Shown here one piece after another: positions 51,796 to 63,235 of a stretch of DNA of 64,000 nt (within the stretch, counting starts at the first letter, position 1; each line of letters opens with the position of its first letter). The notes under the pieces were generated by a model that was given only the letters and a program-made list of their open reading frames with translations, had not been told where the DNA came from and searched no databases. The DNA is from Okamejei kenojei (lineage: Eukaryota). The stretch is from positions 17,360,001 to 17,424,000 of the forward strand of contig CM069169.1 of the NCBI GenBank assembly GCA_035221665.1, read 5' to 3'. The position numbers and the translations under genes were made by a program.

Positions 51796-52119
51796 AGTGG
51801 ACAATTGTCAATAGACAATTGGTGCAGGAATAGGCCATTCGGCCCTTCGAGCTATTATTGGGTGATCTCCACTGAGTTGCATACCATTTACATCAATGAC
51901 AGGTTGGGGAAAGTCCAGTTACTTCGGCAGAGAGAAGTGTGTGTGAGCTTAAATGTTCCAGTAACCTGCTGTCATTCTCTTGAAAAGAATGCAGAGCAAC
52001 ATTGGTGAAATCAAGGGGGTGATTTATGTGCTTTGAGTACAGGGCCTACTAATCTATTGAATTCTAAGACAGAAAAGTACCCTGAGTATGATTTTATTTT
52101 AATTATGCTTTATTTACAG

Positions 52120-52246
52120 AATTTTTTCACTTCTATCTGCAATATTGCACCTTGGGAATATAAAATACAAAAAGAAGTCATATCGTGACGATTCCATTGA
52201 CATCTGTAATCCAGAGGTATTGCCCATCGTCTCAGAGCTTCTGGAG
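52120..52246 (+). CDS. MYO9A: MYO9A exon 8 (127 nt) IFSLLSAILHLGNIKYKKKSYRDDSIDICNPEVLPIVSELLE
   Basis: Acceptor tatttacag|A, donor GAG|gtagtg; AILHLGN motif. Confidence 0.95.
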
Positions 52247-52594
52247 GTAGTGAATCCAGTCAACAATTCTATTAATTTTACTGTGTAGAATGTGATGGCA
52301 ATTTTGTTCTTTTAAGTAATTAATTCCTATTTTAAATGTGGTGCTGCTTCATTTGCGGTTTTTTTAAACTTTTGCAGAATTGCTCTCTGATTTGCCCCTT
52401 GTTTGGCTTCTGAGCAGTTTTTCTTGCCCAATAAAATTTGTAAATCATTACATGCAATGGTTGAACATAGTGGAATGTAATCATCAAATACAAGAAGAGC
52501 AGTTTGTGTTTATTTAGTGTTTCCAATGTAATGAAATATTCCAAATTATTTCACAGAATGGAAAATAAACAAGCTGCACGTGGTGATGTTAGAT

Positions 52595-53130
52595 ACGGAA
52601 TATAGAACAGTACAGCAGAAGAACTTTCAGCTCATAATGTCCATGCTGAACATGATGCCAAGACTAACTCCGATCTACGTGCATTTAATCCATATCTCTC
52701 ATTCCCTCCACATCGATGTGAATATCCAAAAGTCTCCTAAATGGCTCTATCATATCTTCCTGAACCACCACCCCTGACAGCATGTTCCAGGCACTCGCCA
52801 TCTTCCGTGTAAACAAAACTTGCCTGGCACATCTCCTTTAAACATTGCCACCTTCCCCGTAAAACTATGCCTTCTGGTATTTGATTTTCCCATCTTGGGG
52901 TAAAAGGTTAGTACTCTCTAACCTATCTATGCCTCTCATAATTGTAAGTAGCTGCTGTCAGGTCTCCCCGCAACCTCCAACGTTCTTGGAAAAAGAACAA
53001 TCCAAGTCTCTCCCTCTAGCCAAGACATAATTCTGGCAAGCTTCTGCAACCTTTCCAAATCCTCAACATCCTTCCAGTAATGGGATGACCATAACTGCAT
53101 GCAATAATCCAAATAGCCCAACCAAAGTCC
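52595..53130 (-). mobile_element. Old CR1 3' fragment
   Basis: YLDYCMQLWSSHYWKDVEDLERLQK; reverse 3' end tagaacagtacagca. Confidence 0.7.
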
Positions 53131-53665
53131 TAGAAACCTTCAAAAACCTGTATGGAATGATTTGGAAGATGGTGAATAGGTAGAAAAGAAAGTAATTTTA
53201 GATGTTTGAAGCCTTGGCCACTGACGGCATGACATTCATTGGTGAATTGGTTTCAATTGGGATGTACAAAAAGCCAATTCTAGACAATCGCATGTAGGAT
53301 ATTTTGCATCTGAGTTTCTGCTTATTTGTAACCCTGCAGAAGAAAATAAAAAGCTCCGAACAGGGATTGCAAATAGAGAGACGAGGTTTACCTCTGAAGT
53401 TGGAAGAAAGATTAATGCTGTAAAATATGCTAATCCCTGCTATAGGAAAGACAACATTAAGTTTAATTAGAGATGAGGTTTACCTCTGAAGTTGGGAGAA
53501 AGATTACCATGTCAAATACATCTTGATCAAGTAACATCATAAATATAAAGTAAAGACATTACAGAAGAGGACTCAAATGTGTAATAATATCCAAGTGCCA
53601 TGATTGCTGCCAATAGTGAAGTTACATTATGCTACTCACTTTGATAAACACTGTTTTTAAACTAG

Positions 53666-53755
53666 GTTAAAGAGGAGACACTTTTTGAAGCACTGACCAC
53701 CCGGAAGACTGTGACAGTTGGAGAAAGACTTATCCTACCCTATAAATTATCTGAG
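53666..53755 (+). CDS. MYO9A: MYO9A exon 9 (90 nt) [30 protein letters not shown]
   Basis: Acceptor tttttaaactag|GTT, donor GAG|gtaaca. Confidence 0.95.
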
Positions 53756-53812
53756 GTAACATAAAATACAGTAGAATGACTGTACAATGTTGTGTATTCT
53801 GTGAATGGGAAA

Positions 53813-54008
53813 TGTGTAGGAAGGAACTGCAGATGCTGGTTTAAACCGAAGATAGACACAAAATGCTGGAGGAACTCATTTGGGACAGGCAGCATCTATG
53901 GAAAGATGAAGTCTGAAGAAGGGTCTCGACCCGAAACCTCACCCATTTCTTCTCTCCAGAAATGCTGCTTGCCCCGCTGAGTTACTCCAGCATTCTGTGT
54001 CTCATCTA
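53813..54008. mobile_element. Inverted pLTR pair with perfect 14-bp TSD, 57 nt downstream of the exon 9 donor
   Basis: ctgtgaatgggaaa at 53799 and 54009; sense-strand CUGAAGA-a-gggucucgaccc-GAAAC-CUC at about 53913. Confidence 0.92.
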
Positions 54009-55029
54009 CTGTGAATGGGAAACATGACTTCGTAATCAGCTTTTTTGTGGTGACAATATTAAATGTTGAATTTCAGGCAATGTTTAAAAGAAATATAACT
54101 GATTAAAAGAAATATAATATCTACATTTGTTTCATTATAACAACAATTATGACTTGAGGTTCCTTTTCAACAGGAAGCTAAATTTTCATTGACCTGAGTG
54201 AAATTGCTGTCTTTAATTTCCTGGTCCTTGGTCTGTCTGTCTTTGAAAGGAAAGTGAAAATTAGATTGCTCAAATTGCTGTCTGCTCTTGTAATATTTTA
54301 TAGGAATTTGTCATGTTCTTTATTCCATATGTAGTATTTATTTAAAACTCCAAGCATTCTTTTGTGTTATTGCAGCTGGCTTCAGTGGTGTTCAACAACA
54401 GGGTTCCACAGTTAGTTTGTGCCCTCTGCTAGGGCAAACTGATCAATTGCATTTACTATTTAGAATAATACAGTATGGAAACAGGCCCTTCGGCTCAACT
54501 GTTCCACACTGACCAGCGTGTCCCAGCTACACTAGTTCCACCTGCTTGCATTTGGCCCATATCTCTCCAAACCTGTCCTATCCATGTGCTTGTCTATAAC
54601 TGTTTCTTAAACATTGGGATAGTCCCTGCCTCAATGACTTCCTCTGGTAGCTTGTTCCACAATGATTGATTGGCTAGCTTTGCTGCAGTGGTATCTGAGG
54701 TCAAAATATAACTTGCCAGTCATGTAGATGTCATATTCTTGATTTTTCATTATCTGGACTAAACATGGGGCATATAGGGATAGTTACGTGACTGATGCCT
54801 GTTGAAGATGTCACTAAAATAGGTGGTTGTAAGATATTACGGCAGTAGCATGTAGATAGAAAACAAAGCACAGGTTTTCGATACACGCTATTGTGATCTT
54901 TATTTTATAAAAGTACACTGCGCATATAGATTCATATTCACGAGACTGATAAGATAATGAATATATCACATGATACAAATCCTGCTACTCACTTCTTAAA
55001 ATGACAGTTACCATTATTATATACACTAC

Positions 55030-55760
55030 AGTGGTACCGTCGATAGTGAAGGTTATCAGGAATCACAGGGATGGATAAGTGGGCTGAGGAATGACAAATG
55101 GAGTTTAATTCAGATACAGTGTGAGGTGTTGCATTTTAGGAAGTCAAACCACGGTAGGGCTTTCACATTATATGGAAGCACCTTGGGAAGTGTTGTGTGA
55201 CTCGATTATAACTTTGGTTATCATTTGGAGACCTGTGTGCCTTTCTGGTTGCTGAATTATAGACAGGATGTGGAGGCTTTGGAAGGGGGGAGGGGTTCAC
55301 CAAGAACTTGCCTGGATTAAAGAGTATTAATTATCAGGAAAGGTTGGACAGGTTTGAATTGCTTTCTCTGGAGCGTCAGAGGATGGGAAGAGACCCGATG
55401 GGGATGTTTGTAATTCCGTGTGAGGGACAGGAGGAGTAGACAGTCAGAACATTTTTCCCACTGTGAAATTGTCAAATATTGGAGGGCATAGCTTTAAGAT
55501 GAGGGGGAGAGGGAGTTTAGAGGAGATGTGTGAGGCAAGTGTTAGAGTGGAAGGCGTCTTGGCTGTGGTGCCAGAGTAGGCGATGGAAGCAATAAGATGC
55601 GCTGTTTAGGATACATTTACAAAGACAAATGAATATGCAGGGAATGAAGTGATATAGACCATATGGAAGCAAATAGGTTTTATTTACTATAATTTGGTAC
55701 CATGCTTGGCACACACATCATGGGCCTTAGGGCCTGTTCCTGTGCTCCACTGTTCAACAT
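55030..55760 (+). mobile_element. Old CR1 fragment
   Basis: caaatggagtttaattcaga..gtgtgaggtgttgcatttt ... gggcc.tagggcctgttcctgtgct. Confidence 0.7.
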
Positions 55761-56017
55761 TCTAAATGTAAGTGGGACTCCAGGGAAATCAAAGCATTTT
55801 TAATTCAAAGGCTTGATTTCTGGGAAGCGTTTCTTGGTAACACTAAATTAATAATTAATGCAAATATGAGAGATTTCTGCTGGAGGCATCCTTTTGTATT
55901 TGATACTGCTCTGTTCTTGACAGACAAAGTGACTCTCCTCTTCCCAGAAATTATGCATATTATCAAAACTCTGATTACTTTGCCCATCATAACCAAATGA
56001 TAAGATGAAAAGAATTA

Positions 56018-56572
56018 AGGGCCTGTCCTTAACTGCGAGCTGGATCGACCGTCNNNNNNNNNNNNNNNNNNNNNNNNNNNNNNNNNNNNNNNNNNNNNNN
56101 NNNNNNNNNNNNNNNNNNNNNNNNNNNNNNNNNNNNNNNNNNNNNNNNNNNNNNNNNNNNNNNNNNNNNNNNNNNNNNNNNNNNNNNNNNNNNNNNNNNN
56201 NNNNNNNNNNNNNNNAGTTTTGCGGGCATTTAACATTACTGGTCGGTTTTCCTTGGTTCTGAAAACTCCAATGAGCCCATTAAAATGCCCGGTCAGCAAA
56301 GGAGATTGCCTACAGCTTCCTCGACTGCCTGGCGACCCCACTCCACTGCACTACGAGTTCAAAAGAATCATGCTGACCAATTTGTACTCGCAGAAAATGT
56401 TTCCTCGACCAAACTGAGGCCGCGAGTTTGCGGAACTTCCCTCGAGCATGAAGGAGATTTCCAGTGACCTCCTAGGACCTCCTGGGACTTCGTGCCGACC
56501 ATGCTGTGAGTTTGAGTCAAGAGCAAACTCTTCTAAACTCACAAATTAGGTCGCCGCAGTTTGACAGGCCCT
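56018..56572. mobile_element. PIF/Harbinger-type non-autonomous DNA transposon (spans the assembly gap)
   Basis: Termini agggcctgtc and gacaggccct flanked by TTA on both sides. Confidence 0.72.
56054..56215. other. Assembly gap (162 N)
   Basis: Run of N. Confidence 1.
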
Positions 56573-58347
56573 TTACTGGAACTTTCTTTAATCCTCCTCT
56601 TTGTCAATTATCTGCTGTGCAATGATTATCAATTTCATTATGTTCCTGGCATTAACTCAGTGGGTTGCATGTGTCAATTTACAAACACTTCATACACGAA
56701 TTAACCAGAAAGTACAGCGAATTAATGGGAGAGTAACAAATGTTGGGAAGATAGGTTTTGAGTAACAAAACCTGGGATGTGTGAAATACGTAAATGGAAA
56801 TATTGATTGGTTCTAATCTGGAATTTTGTGAGTCTCTTAGATGAGCAACAGCTGAAGAAAAATGGCAGCATTCTTGGCTGTCGTTGCTGCAGCATGGCTG
56901 GCCTGTATTAGTTTGGACTCTTATCACATATTTATGGCTTGCATAAGAGGTGTTAGAGATTCAGTGCTGTGCATTTATTTGGACTTCAGAAGGAAGCTAG
57001 GTTTCAATATTTTCTTCTTTCAGCAGATAAAATATGTGAACAAATCTGCTGGAAAATTGTGGAAACAATCCTTAAAGTAACCAGAATTAGGAAGCAGATA
57101 AAGTGAGAAATGCATGCCAGTAATGAAAGAGAAAGATGTTATTATTTTGGCTGCAGAATTCTGTAAAACAGAAAGATTTTTCTTTCCATGTGCTGAGACC
57201 CCAAGTGTACATTTCCAACACTTCAGATTTCTGGCATTCCCAATTTTTCTTTTTCTCTTATTGGCAGTACAGTTGCTGTTATTGGTTTATTGCTTTTTAT
57301 GGCAAGTAAATGTGCGGCATGGTTAGAAAGGACGAAGGGTAGCTTTGTATTTACTGGTAATTTAATTAATTTTGTGAACAAACCTTTATAAAAGACCTGG
57401 ATTTTTTTACAATTTTGAATTGATTCTCTACACTAATACTTCTATAATACTCTGTTGTCACAGAGCTGTACAGCACAGAATCAGGCCCTTCGATCCACCT
57501 TATACATGCCAACGTGATTGGCTTACTGAACTAGTCCCGTTTGCCTACATTTGACCCATGGACCTATAAACACTTCCTATCCATATATATGTCGAAAGTC
57601 TTTTAAAAATTGTAATTGCATCCACTTCTATAACTTTCTCTGACAGCTCATTCCAGATACGGACTTCCCTCTGGGAGAAAATTTTGTCGCTAGTTTCACA
57701 GTTAATCTGTTAAGTGCTGATTCTGGGCAGAAGTGGCAGCCTGTGGCACAGTAAATAAAGTGAGAACGAGAAATAACATGAATGACAATTATTTAAGTTT
57801 TGACTCTGTTGGCTGAGTTAATAGGACATCAGTGATTAGTGCCATGAGTCTTTTATCACCTGTAAATGCAGTCAACCTGGTCATGATTACTGTCTTTTCT
57901 CAAAGGTGAAGTTTCTGCCAACGTGGCAAATGCACCTGACTGCATTGAGAGATTAGCCTCGATTAAGGGCTTGTCCTGGAGTGTGACTAAATACAAAGTA
58001 TTTTGACTCTGGTTTGATCCCTTCGAATATGTCAGTAGTGATGTTTGAATAAATAGATCAGTCAATATGCTTGCTTAGTCATAAGGGAGTATTTTCTAAA
58101 GAAAACTAATTACTTCAAAGCCCTTAAAGAGTCTGATTAATTGTCAGTTTAACAGCTGATGTTTATAAGCTGTTGAACAATCTAGCTGCAGAAGCAGTTT
58201 TCTGTTTTAATTTCAGCGCTCCTAACCCAAATATAACGATTTAAAAATAAGCTAGTAAATGAACATTTCGTGGGACCTGAAGTGCTCTCATATTTTAAAC
58301 TTATGCTCTAAAAATGGCCGATTACTAATAGTTTATTTATATTGCAG

Positions 58348-58461
58348 GCAATAACTGTACGAGACTCTATGGCAAAGTCTTTGTACGATGCCCTTTTTGA
58401 CTGGATTGTATTCCGAATTAACCATGCTCTTCTTAACAATCGAGATCTGGAAGAGCATAAG
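58348..58461 (+). CDS. MYO9A: MYO9A exon 10 (114 nt) [38 protein letters not shown]
   Basis: Acceptor atattgcag|GCA, donor AAG|gtgagt; AKSLY..LFDWIV.RIN motif. Confidence 0.96.
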
Positions 58462-59334
58462 GTGAGTCACAGTGGCTTTTTGATAGACTAGTTTTCAAGA
58501 GGCGGTTTGACATTTAGATGCCTCCGCATTAATTTCTTCAATAAATGTAAGTGTTTGTATTCTCAATTATGACATGGCCATGGAGTTTTGGGCATCATGA
58601 ATGCTGTCCAGCAATTGCATTTGTCCATTGCATATTGCAATGGTATTGCCGAGGACCACCTGCAGTTTTTCCTGTCTCCTCCACCACTTTGCTGCCCCAT
58701 TGAAGTATGGTTGCAAGCTGTTGAACAAGATCCAGCTGCAGAAACACTTTTCTATTTTAATTTCAGCTCTCCTAACCCAAATGTAAAAAAATTAAGATAA
58801 GCCAGTAAAGGAACAGATCCTCGGTCTGCAGTGCTATCATATATTTTACCATTTATATTCTTTAAAAAAAAATGGCCTGTTATTAATACTTTATTTGTGT
58901 TACTGCCACATTGTTAGTCCTATTGGAGTATGGTGCAAATGCTGGCACAAAGACTATCCGTTTGCAAGATGGTATCAATTGTGTTCATCAACATAGGTCC
59001 TCAGTTAATTGGCTTAGTAAAAGTAAAAGAAAATGTCCTTAGTGAGTTAATATGCTGGCCGGTGCGGACCCGGACCCAGTGGGACGAAAGGGCCTGTTTC
59101 CGCGCTGTATCTCTAAACTAAAGTGCAACAATCAATTGGATAAGTTTCAATGAAAATCAAAAACTTGCACAATCTGGAATCTAAATATAAACAGAAAATG
59201 GAGGAAGCACTCAGCTGTGCAGCAGCATCTGTGGAAAGAAAAACAGGGTTAATCTTTCAGATCTGAGATTCTTCATCTGAATTGCTATTAGAAGTAAGTT
59301 GTCAGTAAAGTAAATGCCACTTTTGTTTTTGTAG

Positions 59335-59469
59335 ATTCTCTCCATTGGTGTATTGGATATCTTTGGCTTTGAGGACTATGAGAATAACAGCTTTGAACAG
59401 TTCTGTATTAACTTTGCGAATGAGCGACTTCAGCACTACTTCAATCAACATATCTTCAAAATAGAGCAG
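59335..59469 (+). CDS. MYO9A: MYO9A exon 11 (135 nt) [45 protein letters not shown]
   Basis: Acceptor ttttgtttttgtag|ATT, donor CAG|gtaaaa; switch II and relay helix. Confidence 0.97.
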
Positions 59470-59569
59470 GTAAAATCGAGTTCATGATTCTTATCCCCTG
59501 AGTGAGAAACTCTACATTGCATCATCCTAGGCGAGGTTTCCAGATAGATTTGTTGGTATTTTAGTCTTA

Positions 59570-59800
59570 TGGGCCTGTCCCAATTAGGCGATTTTTTTGG
59601 CGACGACAGGCGACAGCTGTAAAATTTTTAACATGTTGAAAAATTGTCGGCTTCAGTGGCGACAATTTTTGCTGGCGTAGTTATTGTCGTAGGTGCTGTC
59701 GTAGGTTGTCGTCAGGTGTCGTAGGTGGTTTCCATTAAAACTAGTCCATGGCAGTCGCCTAAAGAGTCGCCTAAAGAGTCGCCTAAGTGGGACAGGCCCA
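59570..59800. mobile_element. PIF/Harbinger-type MITE
   Basis: TIRs tgggcctgtcccaattaggcga and tcgcctaagtgggacaggccca; flanks TTA and TCA; internal gtcgcctaaaga and tgtcgtagg repeats. Confidence 0.8.
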
Positions 59801-60364
59801 TCATTTTCTGCATAATTCTATGAGGCCATCAACATTGATGAGGTGGGTAGGATTGCCACAGTATGGTTTTACTCATTGTGAAATCTGTAGTACTAATCCT
59901 AACCCTCCACCCCACTACACCCTCCTTTACACCCAATTGTCCCCCCCCCCTTCACATATCTAATCATTTCACAATTTTACAGCTAAATTTACTTCTCAAA
60001 GCTATTTAATTATATTTAATGTCCCCTATATTTGTGTCCTCTTCAAAGTTTGGTCTCACTTCTCTTAGACCCAAAATGAATTATTTGAATGTAATAATTT
60101 AAAGTTCACAAAATGTCACCATGATGTTTCCCATGGATGTGATGTCCAGAATCCATGGTGTCAGTCTCAAACAAAACATGGGGGCTTCCTTTAGGGTCTG
60201 AGATGAGAAGAGACGGCTTTGTCTAGAATGTTGTAAATGTTTGGAATTCTCCACCCAATAGGTCTGTGAATGCTCAGTTGCAACCTATATTTAAGGCAGA
60301 GATGCATTCTATGACCTTTAAGGAATCGAAGATTGATTTATTGCATAACAGAATGTGCATATGG

Positions 60365-60900
60365 TATTGGTATTTGTTTATTAATGTCATGTGTACCGAG
60401 ATATGGTGAAAAGCTTTAGGCTGTGTGCTATCTAATTAAATCACATCATACTATACATGAATACAAGCCATGTGCAGAACAAAGAGAAAAATACCAGAGT
60501 GTAGAATATAATTTACAACAATGTAGCATTGCAGTTCCAGAGAAAAGACCCAATGTCTGCAAAGAAGTAGGTTGGAAGATTAGCACTACATCCTAACTTG
60601 TGGGAGAACATTCAGGTCCGATAACTGAGTGGGAGAAGCCGTTCCTGAGTCTGCTTTTGTATCATCTGCATGGCAGCAATGGGGATTAGGGAGAAAAGAT
60701 AGTTGATTAGGTTGCTTCATGCCCGAGGCAACGTGAAGTGTGGATGGAGTCGATTGTGGGAAGTCTGGTCTATGTGATGGACTGGGCTACATCCACAATT
60801 CTGCAATTTCTCTTGTGGTTTTGGGCAGAGCTGTTCCCTGATAGTATGCTTTCTATGGTGCATCTGCAGAAGATTGTGAGAGATGTTAGAGACATATCAA
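60365..60900 (-). mobile_element. Rex1/Babar-like LINE 3' fragment
   Basis: Reverse tail tttattaatgtcatgtgtaccgag; similar to 46065-46690. Confidence 0.6.
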
Positions 60901-61251
60901 AATGGCCTATTCTTGGGTTCATTCATGTGACTCGAGACACACGACCATATGGTTTACTATTAACCGTTAGGTTATTTCAGAGGGCAGATTGAAGTGGGCA
61001 ATATTTGCCCACAGGCATCCACATCCACCAAATGACTAATAGGAATACTGTATGGATGGTCAGCCTTCGGCAAGCTGTGTCATCATCATCACCATCTTTT
61101 AAAATAATGTTGTGCAGATGCATGAATTAATTTAGTTCTCAGTCTGCAGTTAACAGAATTATGAATTTCACCACCTTTTCTTGATTGCTACTTGGATCGG
61201 TCCTATTTCTAGCAATATATAATGTGGGACAGTAAAGCGCAGGAACAGGCC

Positions 61252-61464
61252 AAAGATAGACACGCAATGCTGGAATAACTCAGCGGGAAATGTAGCATCT
61301 CTGGATAGAAGGAATGGGTGATGTTTCGGGTCGAGAGCCTTTGAGGGGTCTCGACCCGAAACATCACCCATTCCTTCTATCCAGAGATGCTGCCTGTTCC
61401 GCTGAGTTATTCTGGCATTTTGTGTGTCTACGGTATAAACCAGCATCTGCAGTTCCTTCCTACA
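61252..61464. mobile_element. Fold-back pLTR pair (about 85-bp arms) with 12-bp TSD, inserted in a CR1 3' end that continues to about 61790
   Basis: caggaacaggcc at 61240 and 61465; arms meet at gtttcgggtcgaga-gccttgagggg-tctcgacccgaaac. Confidence 0.92.
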
Positions 61465-63149
61465 CAGGAACAGGCCCATCAGTTCACAATGTGCAGAGAT
61501 TGTTGCCAAATTAAACACATTCCTTCTTTCTGCCTGTACGTAATCTGTACCCTCCATACTCTGCATATCATGTGCTGATCTAAAAGCCTCTTAAATGCCA
61601 CTGTCGTATCTGCTTCCATCGCCACCTCTGGCAATACATTCCAGGCACCTACCACTCTCTGTGTAAAAGGAAACTTGCTCCGCACATCCCCTTTAAAGTT
61701 TCCCCCTCTGACCTTAAAGCTATGCCCTTTGGTATTTGACATTTCCATGCTTAGAAAAAGATTCTGACTCTCCTGTTTATGCCTCTCATAATTAATTATA
61801 CTATATGTGATTGAATATATTTTTTTAATACTGTCCTTGTTCCTTTGGTAAGAGACAATATCTTATTTAAATGTTTTCCACTCGTGCTTCATTGGAACTG
61901 TTTCATACTGAAGCTGTTCTACCAAGTGCCACTTTAAGGAAAAATGTGACAACTGGATATTGGTACACGATTATTTTAGAAGCTATTTAATACTAGTGTT
62001 CACAATCCTCGTGGCTCTGTGCCAACAATTCAAACAATATTGTTTTTCTTCAATGTTCTGTTCCTTCTACGGTCACACACAAAGTGAGATTTTTATTTCT
62101 TTCTTGTTGCATTACCGGAGATAGTGTCACATGAAGTGTTCCATGAAGCAGCAGCCGACATTTCAGGTTCTTTGTTTTGTTGTTCAATAAGCTGCAATTT
62201 TTGCATTCAAATATTACAGAAAGTCTTCTGTCTATTCTTGGTCAGCTGCTCCTGCATTGTAGGCATGCCCTGCGAGTCAATCTGAATGAATTCATTCATC
62301 AGGCAGCATTGCATGAGGTACAGTCATACTCTCCTACAATTAGATTATAAAGCAGACATGGCTACAGCTCTCAAATTTAAACTGCAGCTAATTATTAACC
62401 ACTCTTTCGGGCATTCTTTCATGTTCCTTGTTCATAATTGAAACCGTCTCAGAGGATCTTTAGACTTCTATTTTGCGGCAAAGGTTTGTGCAATGTTTTC
62501 ATAAAACAAAAAGTGAACATTTATCCTGAGATATTACAATTTTACCCTGTCAGGAGAAGCATGGAGAGGAAAATAAGATTAATTTCTCTGACAAAAACTG
62601 GAAAACAGATATTTGCATCTCCCAGCAATTAATTCTTGAATAAAAGCTTTGAAAATGCTTGAGATAATCAGCAGGTTGGGCAGCATCTATGGGAAGAGCA
62701 GTGGTTAATGTTTCAAGACGATGATATAGAACCTAGGATGAACCTAAGACGATAGAGAACAGCACAGGAAAGAGCCCTTCTTGCCCACAGTGTTAGTGTC
62801 AAACATGCCAAGTTAAGCTGATCTTACAAGTAAAAAAGTAGATTTTGAATTTTTAGCATTTTTAATATCCCAAAATAATTTTTAAAGTATTATTTCACTG
62901 TACCTCGGTACACATGACAAACCAAACCGAACTGTTAATAAACTAACACGAGACAATAAACTAAACTGGTCAGGCCCTTAAATAGGTAAGCAGCTTATAG
63001 GACAATAATTTGCCATAGACACCAACAGCAAGGAATGATATGCATACCAGCGTATTTTGGTCCATAAAAAATAGCACTGTGGACAATAAATGTTGACATT
63101 TCAAGCAACATCCATCTCGTGAATTAACAATAAAGATACTTGTACATTG

Positions 63150-63235
63150 GGCCTCAACCCTAAACGTCACCCATTCCTTTTCTCCGGAGATGCTGCCTGT
63201 CTTGCTGAGTTACTCCGGCATTTTGTGTCTATCTA
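63150..63235 (+). mobile_element. Solo pLTR-derived element
   Basis: gggcctcaaccctaaacgtcacccattcc...gctgagttactccggcattttgtgtctatct. Confidence 0.82.

Larger units (their letters stand above)
19894..59469 (+). other. MYO9A: Unconventional myosin IXa gene, partial (exons 2-11 by mammalian numbering; continues beyond the window)
   Basis: Ten GT-AG exons join in frame into an RA domain plus myosin motor: P-loop GESGSGKT, switch [17 protein letters not shown], switch II DIFGFE and [14 protein letters not shown]. The N-terminus MNVHDVGGRRRCEDNEFTLRVYPG and the 19-aa insert exon match MYO9A rather than MYO9B. Confidence 0.96.

Noticed and set aside
56005-56341. ORFs containing X runs
   Set aside because: Artefacts of translating through the N gap.
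940-63235. Recurrent palindromic repeats as a CRISPR-like array
   Set aside because: They are dispersed, variable in length, flanked by TSDs and homologous to Penelope pLTRs. There are no regular spacers or cas genes, and the DNA is vertebrate.
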